From Squalus acanthias (taxonomy: Eukaryota): 64,000 bases of DNA. The stretch lies in NCBI GenBank assembly GCA_030390025.1, contig CM059431.1:111354001-111418000 (forward strand), written 5' to 3'. The position numbers and the translations under genes were made by a program. Positions 1-7,956 of this stretch are shown here, piece by piece. Position 1 is the first letter of the stretch. Each line of letters begins with the position of its first letter. Below the pieces are notes generated by a model that saw nothing but the letters and a program-made list of their open reading frames with translations, searched no databases and was not told the origin of the DNA.

Positions 1-438
1 GAGTTTCAGAGCAAAGAAAATTGGTTACTGCATTTTTAAAACATATACAGATTTCTTTATCTTACAAGTTTTTAAATCCAACTATATGTCCAGTGCCACC
101 TCATTGGGAGAACCTCTCTCACCAATGACAGATCGCTTCTGTCATCTCACCTGCAGCTGCCATCTATTCCAGCATGTGGAGGGAGTCATTGGAGAGTCTG
201 GGTGCAAGAGTTCACCTTTGTGCAGTGATTGTCAGTGTTTTCAGCACCACAAACACTATGAAATTGTGCATGGTCCCTTTAAGGAAACCGGCAGATGACA
301 CATCATCAAATGACGTCATCAGACCCGCTTCCTGTTAATCGGCCATTAACAAGGTCAATCAAAGGAAAAATCACGTCTGTGGAGCGGAGGCAACTGGGAG
401 CGGGACGCATCCCGACACCGAACGCAAAATCGTGGCCG
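1..438. mobile_element. Partial non-autonomous DNA transposon (Harbinger-like MITE), same family as 59848-60710
   Basis: 1-438 aligns by eye to ~60220-60710: gagtttcagag..., tcattgggagaacctctctcacca, cctgcagctgccatct, aaaccggcagatgac, terminal atcg(t/c)ggcc. The left end lies outside the window. Confidence 0.55.
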
Positions 439-446
439 TTGGCATT

Positions 447-893
447 AAAGAAAGACTTGCATTTATATAGCACCTTTCACAACCTCAGGACATCCCAAAT
501 TACAGCCAATGAAGTACTTTTGGAGTGTAGTCACTGTTGTAATGTAGGAAACACAGCAACCAATTTGTGCACAGCAAGCTCCCACAAACAGCAAGGTGAT
601 ATTGACCAGATAATCTATTTTAGTGATGTTGATTGAAGAATAAATATTGGGCAGGACACCAGGGATAACTCCCCTGTTCTTCTTTGAAATAGTGCCACAG
701 GATCTTTTACGGCCACCTGAGAAGGCAGACGGGGCCTTGGAAAAGCGGCACCTTCGGAGTGTACGGCGCTCCCTCACCACTGCACTGGAGTGTCAGCCTA
801 GATTTTCAAGCTCAAGTCTCTGGAATGGATCTTGAACCCACAACCTCCTGACTCAGAAGGCAAGAGTGCTACCGACTGAGCCACTGTTGACAC
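447..893 (-). mobile_element. tRNA-derived Deu-domain SINE (SacSINE1-like)
   Basis: On the minus strand: tRNA-like head (gtggctcagtcggtagcac...gggttcaag) and tail ...aaaggtgctatataaatgcaagtctttcttt. Several homologous copies occur in the window. Confidence 0.8.
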
Positions 894-1231
894 CTTTACA
901 GGTTTGCATACAGGATTTCCATTCTAACTGGTTACATGGGCAATTTCAATGTTAAATGTTGACATGCACATGTAACCAACAATCAGGACAACAGAAATGT
1001 AGTCATAGAAGTGTGTGCAACACAAGATTTTTTATAGTATATGTAGATTTATTGGCAGTTACAATACGACAGCATATGTGGTGTCAGCATCAGTGTTGTT
1101 GTACTTTTCTGTTAATACTTCCCAGTATTTTTGTTGTGCAATAAGTTCCACAATGCCAAAACATACACGGAGCAGACCCTAATCAGAATCAGAAGTTGAG
1201 GGTCCCACATTACTTCTCCCTTGTTCTCCAA

Positions 1232-1501
1232 TCATTCCAGGCTGAAGACCTGGCTAACCCTTAACTCAGCCTTGGGCAATCCTTGCAGTTGATATTCTCC
1301 CACAGCTCTCCTGGCTGGTTGAATACATTTTTTCCCCACTTGGTGGGTTTCTTCACTCGTTCCAATTCTTTTCGTTATGTTTATAGCATTGTACTGCCTT
1401 TTAACCTGATCCCAAGCCTCCCTCTTGGGTTTACAGAGATTGGCGCCAGTTCCAAACACTAAGAAAGTCTTGGCCATATCAGCTGTCACAATCGATTCCA
1501 C
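1232..1501 (-). pseudogene. Possible degraded Myb/SANT-like (Harbinger-type) fragment
   Basis: The peptide KREAWDQVKRQYNAINITKR resembles the W-containing Myb/SANT trihelix motif. The signal is weak. Confidence 0.25.
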
Positions 1502-1637
1502 TTGACGTTCGATTATCTGGCCTTCGACACAGTCCTTACTTTCTGGCTGTTGTTACCGCATGTTGACTGACAAGAGGTCAAGCGGCTCCATTTCCTGCTT
1601 GTTTCGGAGATCAACTGTGATTTTTGCAATTGACTAC

Positions 1638-2363
1638 TCAGTGGATATGTTCACTTACAGCCAATAGTAAAACTATACCCATAATGGTATGATTTGATCG
1701 TCCGCAGTCCACGGGGACTGGGTATGCTTCTGAAGCTAGCCTGAGCTGGCACGGGCTTAATGCGTTCTGAAAAGGGTGGAGCGCCCGCAGGTGTTTGTTA
1801 CTTATCCAGGACGGGACCAAACCTTGTTTTAAATCCTCCAAATTACTGCGGCCCTCGCCCAGTAACCACGCCCTGTAAAGCACGCACACCTCATTCTGCG
1901 CAGCTTGATCGGATGCATTCCGATCTTCCCTAATCAGGGCATTTACCGTTCTCGCGTGTTTCTCTAGTTCAGCTATAATTTCCTTTAAATGGAGAGTCAT
2001 GGCTTGGTCCTCATGTAACCCAGACCCAACCACCTTATTTTCATCTGTGAGAATGTCTTTTAATTGCGTTTTTAAGCCATTAATCTGGGTCTGCAGCTCC
2101 ACGCTGTCTAGAGCGTTGACCACAGATGTACCTGTGTTGAAAGCAGTGAACACGTCGTTCACAACACCCCTTCTTTGCCTCCCCACCTGATCCAAAACTT
2201 CATGTGGTGCGGTGTACAAACTTGTTTTATCAATTTCCGCGAAATCGAATTCGTAAAATTGTCTGAACATCTTGGTCAACAGGACCTGATATAACTGTTC
2301 CGTCTTTTTGGGGCACCACTCTGGTAACCGCACCTCGGTGAGATTTAAAATCACCGAGGCCAC
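1638..2363 (-). CDS. env: env 3' part: class I fusion protein (F2/F1-like), truncated before the TM anchor
   Basis: Furin site RQRR at 2169-2180, then fusion-peptide-like GVVNDVFTAFNTGTSVVNAL, heptad repeat (VELQTQINGLKTQLKDIL), Cys residues and N-glycosylation sequons. Joined to the upstream ORF by a 1-nt frameshift at 2375-2378. Confidence 0.75.
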   Translation of the reverse strand: MASVILNLTEVRLPEWCPKKTEQLYQVLLTKMFRQFYEFDFAEIDKTSLYTAPHEVLDQVGRQRRGVVNDVFTAFNTGTSVVNALDSVELQTQINGLKTQLKDILTDENKVVGSGLHEDQAMTLHLKEIIAELEKHARTVNALIREDRNASDQAAQNEVCVLYRAWLLGEGRSNLEDLKQGLVPSWISNKHLRALHPFQNALSPCQLRLASEAYPVPVDCGRSNHTIMGIVLLLAVSEHIH

Positions 2364-3157
2364 CGCGTAATGTACCCCTGAAATAGTATCTGGTCTGTGG
2401 GGACCAGTACCAAACCATTCCCGGGTCCCTTACTGGTTTTAGGGCACCCTTCTTCTTTAGCTAGAACCACCGGAATCGTGGGCGGGGCTTTGCGTGGGCG
2501 CGTAATGAGTTCAGTGGCATTTACTGGGATCGGGGAGAATGGGGCTCCGCACCCCCTGGTGCTCGCATCCCACCTCATCCCCTGTCCGTTATCCTGCCAT
2601 TGATTAATGAAAAATATGGAGATGCCTTTGGGGCAAACGTACTTTGACCCCCACATACATACATAAATTCCCTCATCCGGTTCCCACCATTTGTCCCAAC
2701 AGACTCTCACTTGTCCGTTTGTCCCCGTAATTGTCCGATGGGTATTATTACCCAGTCGTTCCCACTCGACCGAAGAGTTCCTCATGTTTTTGCTCAGCTT
2801 TCGCAGCCACCACCATCGGCTCAATGGGACATTCCCATTACAAGTCAAACAAATCCGTTTGCCGACGGTGACGCTGATCCTGGGTGCGATGATCCTTACT
2901 TTGGGGCACAGTAAAGAAGTCTCTTGGTAGGCAAAACCCGATGTGCTGGAATACTCCGTTGAGTTCGTTCCCAGCCATCCTGGCCACCTTCCCTTGTGGA
3001 AATAGGTGGTGGTCTCCTCAGCCTCTCGTCTTCCGGTCCCATCCACCGCGATGGGGGCCGTGTCCCCGGAGCATCCAAACACCACGACATCCTTGGTGCG
3101 GCCTCGATAGGCCAATCCGCATCCGATTGCCGCGAGCAATACTAGAATTCGTTCCAT
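2351..3157 (-). CDS. env: env 5' part: signal peptide plus Ig-like domain
   Basis: ATG at 3157 starts MERILVLLAAIGCGLA (signal peptide-like). Ig signature VGKRICLTC...WWW...DEGIYVC. Sequons NST, NSS, NNT, NAT. Confidence 0.7.
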   Translation of the reverse strand: MERILVLLAAIGCGLAYRGRTKDVVVFGCSGDTAPIAVDGTGRREAEETTTYFHKGRWPGWLGTNSTEYSSTSGFAYQETSLLCPKVRIIAPRISVTVGKRICLTCNGNVPLSRWWWLRKLSKNMRNSSVEWERLGNNTHRTITGTNGQVRVCWDKWWEPDEGIYVCMWGSKYVCPKGISIFFINQWQDNGQGMRWDASTRGCGAPFSPIPVNATELITRPRKAPPTIPVVLAKEEGCPKTSKGPGNGLVLVPTDQILFQGYITRWPR

Positions 3158-3170
3158 CCTTCCTTGGTTC

Positions 3171-3190
3171 CTGTGATCAGATAGAATGAG
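3171..3190 (-). promoter_or_regulatory. Candidate env splice acceptor
   Basis: The minus strand reads ctcattctatctgatcacAG|gaaccaaggaaggATG, placing the acceptor 13 nt before the signal-peptide ATG. Confidence 0.5.
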
Positions 3191-3456
3191 GTAGCCAGCC
3201 TCGCAAGAGTCTCTGGCTTTTGTGAAGGGTGAGCGGGTCCCCTGACCTCGCCTCACATAAGCTTCAATGTTCGCTGGATAAACTTTAACTAATCCTATCT
3301 CTAAAACTCCCATCATTTTACTTCCTTAAACAAAATTAAACTACCGACTTAAACCGATTTAAAACTATAAACTTGTTCTTAACCTTAAACTATAAACTTC
3401 GAAACTTATCCTAAACTTATTACTGTACAGCGCCGCCCGTTCCCAGGGCGGCCCCT

Positions 3457-6400
3457 TTAAATTCTGAAAAGGCTGCCACGAGCTCTTCCCGACGGTGGGA
3501 GGGCATTGACCCCTCCCTTTGATCTGCCGCAGCTTGTTGCTGCTGCGCTGGGACTGGGCTCTCCCTGGGCTGCCTTAGCCTTGAGCCTACGCCTTGGGAC
3601 AGTCTGGGGACTTGACCATATCTTCCTGGGCTGGGGTATCCGACCTGACCTACGGAGAGTTACCGGGGGCAAGAACTCCAGGACCGACGGACCGGGTTCC
3701 GAGACTTCCACCGTGGCGACCTGTGGTCCCGCCACAGTCGCTGGCTCTGCCTCCCCTGGCTCCGCCTCCCTGAACTCGGGATCTGCAGCTTGTGGCACCG
3801 CCCTACTCGGCCCAGTAGGCGGCCCTTCACTCGCAGTCCCTACCTCCCTCGAGGGCAAGACGTTCAAGGCGGGCGGCTCGGGCTCTGAGGCTTCCATCGC
3901 CACGCCCTGTGGTCCCACCACAGCGGCTGGCTCCGCCTCCCCTGGCTCCTCCCCCCTGCGTTTGGGACCTGCAGCTTCGGCTTCCACCCTGTGTGGATCT
4001 CTATCTGCAGCCCCTGTCCCCCCTATACCTGAATCGGGGGCGACCCTTTCGTCCTCCGATTCCAGCTCTTCCTCGTCACTATCTTCACTATCCTCACTTT
4101 CACTGTCTTCGTCGAGCTCCTTGAACTCACCCTCATCTGACTCCCAACCCCACAAAAATGTCTCACAATTTTCCAGGATGTCCCCTTCCCTGATGCAAGC
4201 TGCTTTGCCTGCCTGTGTGCCCTGTGGCCTTACCTGGGGCTGCGAGTCCCCACTCGCAGGTTTTGCCCCTGTGGTTGGCCCTTGTGCACCTGGCTTGTAC
4301 AGTTTGCACTGGTTTACATGGAACCACTTAGTGCGCCGAGGTACCTTTACGGCGTATACCATGGGACTCGCCTTATCTACAATGTTGTAGGGTCCCATAT
4401 ACAGTGGTTCCAGACTCCCTACTCTGGCGTAGTTTCTGACCATGACCTGGTCTCCTACTTCCCACTCCCGCGTTTTGCGGGGTTCCAGCAACAGGCGATT
4501 GCCCTGATGCTGCCTTCCCATGTTCCCAGCCGCCTGCTCATAAACCTGCTTCAGGCGCTCCAAGAGGGTCTGGGCGAACTTGTCCCTGTTTATCTCTTGG
4601 AGCTGACCCTCAGTGAGCACCGGCGCTAGCACATGGGTGGGGGTTCGCATGATCCTCCCAGTGGTCACCTCGTGCGGGGAATACCCCGTACTTTTCGACT
4701 GACTGGCCCGGACCCCCATGAGGACTAAAGGCAGAACCTCCGCCCATTTTTGGGGCGAGTTCATAGTCTCTTTCCTCAATTTCTCCTTCAGGGTCCGGTT
4801 CATGCGTTCAACAATCCCGGATGACTGGGGATTGTGTGCTACGTGCCATTTCCCTTCAATGCCCAAAAGCATGAGGGTGTTCTGCATCACCTGGCCGGTG
4901 AAATGACTCCCTTGGTCTGACTCCACAAAACGGGAAAGTCCCCACCGCGAGAACACCTCCCGGACCAAGATTTTTGCAGTACCCAGTGCCGTAGCTGTTC
5001 TACAGGGGAAGGCTTCCACCCATTTGGAAAACACATCCACCAAGACGAGGCAGTATTTATAGCCTCCCTGGGTGGTGGGCAGGGGCCCTATATAGTCGAT
5101 CTGTATCGACTGCCATGGTCCCTCTACCCTCCTGACGTGCCCCATGGGCACTTTCCTTTTCTGGGGGTCTGGGTTGTTTGCAGCGCACACGAGACAGCTT
5201 GCACAGAACTCGCGGACCTGTTCCCTGAGCCCCGGCCACCATCCCGCTTGCTCTACCCGTTGCCAGGTAACCTCGGGCCCGGGGTGCCCTGCCCCTGGTC
5301 CCTCGTGAGCCAACTGGAGGAATTCCCTCCTGTGCTGCTGCGGCACAACCCACTGCTCCTCGCGGAACAGCATGCCTTCCTTAACTGAGAGGGTTGCCGT
5401 ACTGTACGGACCCTCTACCTGCTTCCCCTCAGCAAGGGTTTTGAGGACCGCTTTTAGGGCGGGATCCTGGTTCTGGACGGTCTTAAGGTCTAGGGGCAAT
5501 GCTACCCTGGTGTTCCCGGGATTCCCGTCCCTGCCTTGGATCGCTGCCATGGGTCTGGGCCCATAGGGGTCCCAGAAAATGCCGTTGCGGGCACCTTCCC
5601 TGGCTAGCGCATCCGCCTGCTGGTTGCCCTCCCCACGGGGCTCTGTGGAGGAGTGAGCCTTCACCTTATGGATGAAAATCTCCCCTTCCTCCCCTACTGC
5701 TGCTAGGATCTTTTCCAGCAAGGGCTTCACTGTTAAAGGTCGCCTGTCCGCGGAGGTGTATCCACGGCGGGACCAAATGGCCAGGTATTCCGTACACGAA
5801 TTGCATGTGAACATACTGTCCGAGCAAATCGTGTATGGGGTTGGGAAAATTTCTGGGTGGGTAACGACGTACACCACTGCAGATAGCTCAGCCTGCTGCG
5901 CGCTCATGGTGCTAAGGAGCTTGATCGCCAGGGCAAGGTTTGCCGCAGGGTCATAAACTCCACACCCTGTGAGTCGTTCGCCAGCAGATACTGTGCTGGA
6001 ACCATCAACATAAATCTCGCGCCCAGTGGGATGTATCCCGGCCCGCAAACCTATGTTGACTTCCCACACCCCTTCCACCGAACACTGGTGGGCTGTACCG
6101 GGGTATACCAAATTGGCCGCAAGCCTGGGCTCGCAAAGACCTTTAACTCTAAGATCCATCTGGGAAAGAAGAAGGGTCCAGCGCGCAATAAGCGCGCTGC
6201 TTACGGTCCCATCTTTAATCCTCCCATCTAGAAGCATCTTAGTTGGTGTGTGATGGGTGAGGAGAGTGATGGGAGAGAGTCCTGTGAAGATCGCTGATCT
6301 TTTCACAGCCCAATGCGTGGCTAAAAGGTGCCTTTCGCAATTGGAGAAACTTCTCTCCACATCCGTTAACACCCTGGACGAATAGACAACCGGCCTCAGC

Positions 6401-7956
6401 TTGCCGTGACGCTCTTGGAGCAGCACAGCGCTCAAGCTGTCCCCGCTGGCAGCTACCTCCAGGAAAAACTCCTTCCCCCCATCTAAAGCTGGCGCGGTCT
6501 GCAGATCCCTTTTTAACTTCTCGAAGGCTGCTTGGCAGCCCTCGTCCCAAGACCACTCCACTCCCTTATGGAGGAGTCGGAGCAGCGGCGCCGCTGTGGC
6601 CGCATAGTCTTCGATAAAATCCCTGCAGTAACCGGTCAGTCCCAAAAAAGACCTCACACCCCTTATGGTGTTGGGAATCAGTAACTCTTGCACCGACTCC
6701 CTCCTAGCCTTATCTATGGCTCTTTCCCCAGCGCGAATGGTCAGCCCCAGGAATTTTACTTCCTGCTGACCGATACGTGCTTTCTTAGGGTTTACTTTAA
6801 AACCCTTTCTCGCTAGCAGCTCCAATAACTCGGCCAGCAGTGGTCCATGCTCCTCCCTTGAATCCGTAAATAGGAGCAAATCATCCACGTACTGCACTAT
6901 CTGATTGGGCTGACTAAACTCCTTTAAACTTCCTGCCATACACTGATGGAAAATACTGGGGCTGTTGTGGAAACCCTGTGGCAGACAGTTCCATGTGTAC
7001 TGTTGTCCTTTGAAAGTAAAGGCAAACTTGTACTGGTCCTCTCGCCGCAGCGGGATGGACCAAAAACCATTCGAGATATCCAGCACCGTGAACGTGGTCG
7101 CGGACGCTGGGATACTCCCTATTAGGTCAGCGACTGCTGCTACCGTGGGCGCGCAGGCGGGAATGTTACTGTTAAGGACTCTGTAGTCCACCGTGGCCCT
7201 CCACGAATTATCCGGCTTCCTAACCGGCCATAATGGGGAGTTCACGTGTGTGGCTATCGGCCTCAACACGCCCTGCTGCACCAAGGAGGACATTGCTGTC
7301 TCCATATCGGGTTCTGCTTCTTTGGGGAAGTTATACTGCTTTTGGGGCCGGGTCATGGGGTCCCCATCTACGCTGACCTCAAACCCGGTAACCCTCCCAC
7401 AATCGTGCTTGTGGGTTGCAAACGCGTGCATATTATCTGACACGTACGTTTGCATGTCCGTTGGGACATCCGCGACCATAAGCCCGAGATCGTAGCCTCC
7501 GGATGGCTTCATGGTACACAGGGTCCCTGTTCCTTCCTCCCCCGGAATTACCACTACCTCGCCGTCTCCACCCTTAGCCCCCCAGAGGCAGTGATTCCTG
7601 AGGTCCACGAGGATCCCGTGCCCTGATAGGAGATCGGACCCGAGGATACCTCTCCCACCCCCCTCATGCCATTTCATCAGTATGCACTTCCACGTGATGT
7701 GGAGTGTTCCTAAACGAATGGATAGCGGAAGGGAGAACGCGCCAGCCTGTTCTTTTCCCGTGAACCCCGCTAATGTGAATGGGACCTTGGTAGATAGCGG
7801 TGAGTCAAAAGGGCTATCTGTATGAATCACGGTGCAAGAAGCTCCCGTGTCCAACAAATAACTACCCTTCTGTTGCTCTACCTCCATCTCTACCAGGGGT
7901 CGCTTCCACGCATCATAGCTGAGCGGACACAGGTAGACGGGCTGCGCGGGCTCTAG
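3457..7956 (-). CDS. pol: Pol polyprotein: aspartic protease, RT, degenerate RNase H tether, RNase H, integrase with GPY motif, acidic/Pro-rich tail
   Basis: Protease LLDTGAS and GILGSD. RT LPQGF and YVDD (6880-6891). RNase H IYVDGSS/AQQAEL/SDS/HKVKAH/GNQQADALA. Integrase HHCC, IDY/SDQG/VERMN and MGPY. The frame stays open from the gag stop at 7957 to 3457. Confidence 0.95.
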   Translation of the reverse strand, partial: LEPAQPVYLCPLSYDAWKRPLVEMEVEQQKGSYLLDTGASCTVIHTDSPFDSPLSTKVPFTLAGFTGKEQAGAFSLPLSIRLGTLHITWKCILMKWHEGGGRGILGSDLLSGHGILVDLRNHCLWGAKGGDGEVVVIPGEEGTGTLCTMKPSGGYDLGLMVADVPTDMQTYVSDNMHAFATHKHDCGRVTGFEVSVDGDPMTRPQKQYNFPKEAEPDMETAMSSLVQQGVLRPIATHVNSPLWPVRKPDNSWRATVDYRVLNSNIPACAPTVAAVADLIGSIPASATTFTVLDISNGFWSIPLRREDQYKFAFTFKGQQYTWNCLPQGFHNSPSIFHQCMAGSLKEFSQPNQIVQYVDDLLLFTDSREEHGPLLAELLELLARKGFKVNPKKARIGQQEVKFLGLTIRAGERAIDKARRESVQELLIPNTIRGVRSFLGLTGYCRDFIEDYAATAAPLLRLLHKGVEWSWDEGCQAAFEKLKRDLQTAPALDGGKEFFLEVAASGDSLSAVLLQERHGKLRPVVYSSRVLTDVERSFSNCERHLLATHWAVKRSAIFTGLSPITLLTHHTPTKMLLDGRIKDGTVSSALIARWTLLLSQMDLRVKGLCEPRLAANLVYPGTAHQCSVEGVWEVNIGLRAGIHPTGREIYVDGSSTVSAGERLTGCGVYDPAANLALAIKLLSTMSAQQAELSAVVYVVTHPEIFPTPYTICSDSMFTCNSCTEYLAIWSRRGYTSADRRPLTVKPLLEKILAAVGEEGEIFIHKVKAHSSTEPRGEGNQQADALAREGARNGIFWDPYGPRPMAAIQGRDGNPGNTRVALPLDLKTVQNQDPALKAVLKTLAEGKQVEGPYSTATLSVKEGMLFREEQWVVPQQHRREFLQLAHEGPGAGHPGPEVTWQRVEQAGWWPGLREQVREFCASCLVCAANNPDPQKRKVPMGHVRRVEGPWQSIQIDYIGPLPTTQGGYKYCLVLVDVFSKWVEAFPCRTATALGTAKILVREVFSRWGLSRFVESDQGSHFTGQVMQNTLMLLGIEGKWHVAHNPQSSGIVERMNRTLKEKLRKETMNSPQKWAEVLPLVLMGVRASQSKSTGYSPHEVTTGRIMRTPTHVLAPVLTEGQLQEINRDKFAQTLLERLKQVYEQAAGNMGRQHQGNRLLLEPRKTREWEVGDQVMVRNYARVGSLEPLYMGPYNIVDKASPMVYAVKVPRRTKWFHVNQCKLYKPGAQGPTTGAKPASGDSQPQVRPQGTQAGKAACIREGDILENCETFLWGWESDEGEFKELDEDSESEDSEDSDEEELESEDERVAPDSGIGGTGAADRDPHRVEAEAAGPKRRGEEPGEAEPAAVVGPQGVAMEASEPEPPALNVLPSREVGTASEGPPTGPSRAVPQAADPEFREAEPGEAEPATVAGPQVATVEVSEPGPSVLEFLPPVTLRRSGRIPQPRKIWSSPQTVPRRRLKAKAAQGEPSPSAAATSCGRSKGGVNALPPSGRARGSLFRI

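Noticed and set aside
3158..3316. ATG at 3316 as the env start
   Set aside because: The signal peptide begins at the ATG at 3157, just after an acceptor-like site. The upstream 53 codons look non-functional, though a long leader cannot be excluded.
3506..4390. 294-aa plus-strand ORF as an antisense accessory gene
   Set aside because: It mirrors the GC-rich low-complexity pol tail and has no recognisable motif.
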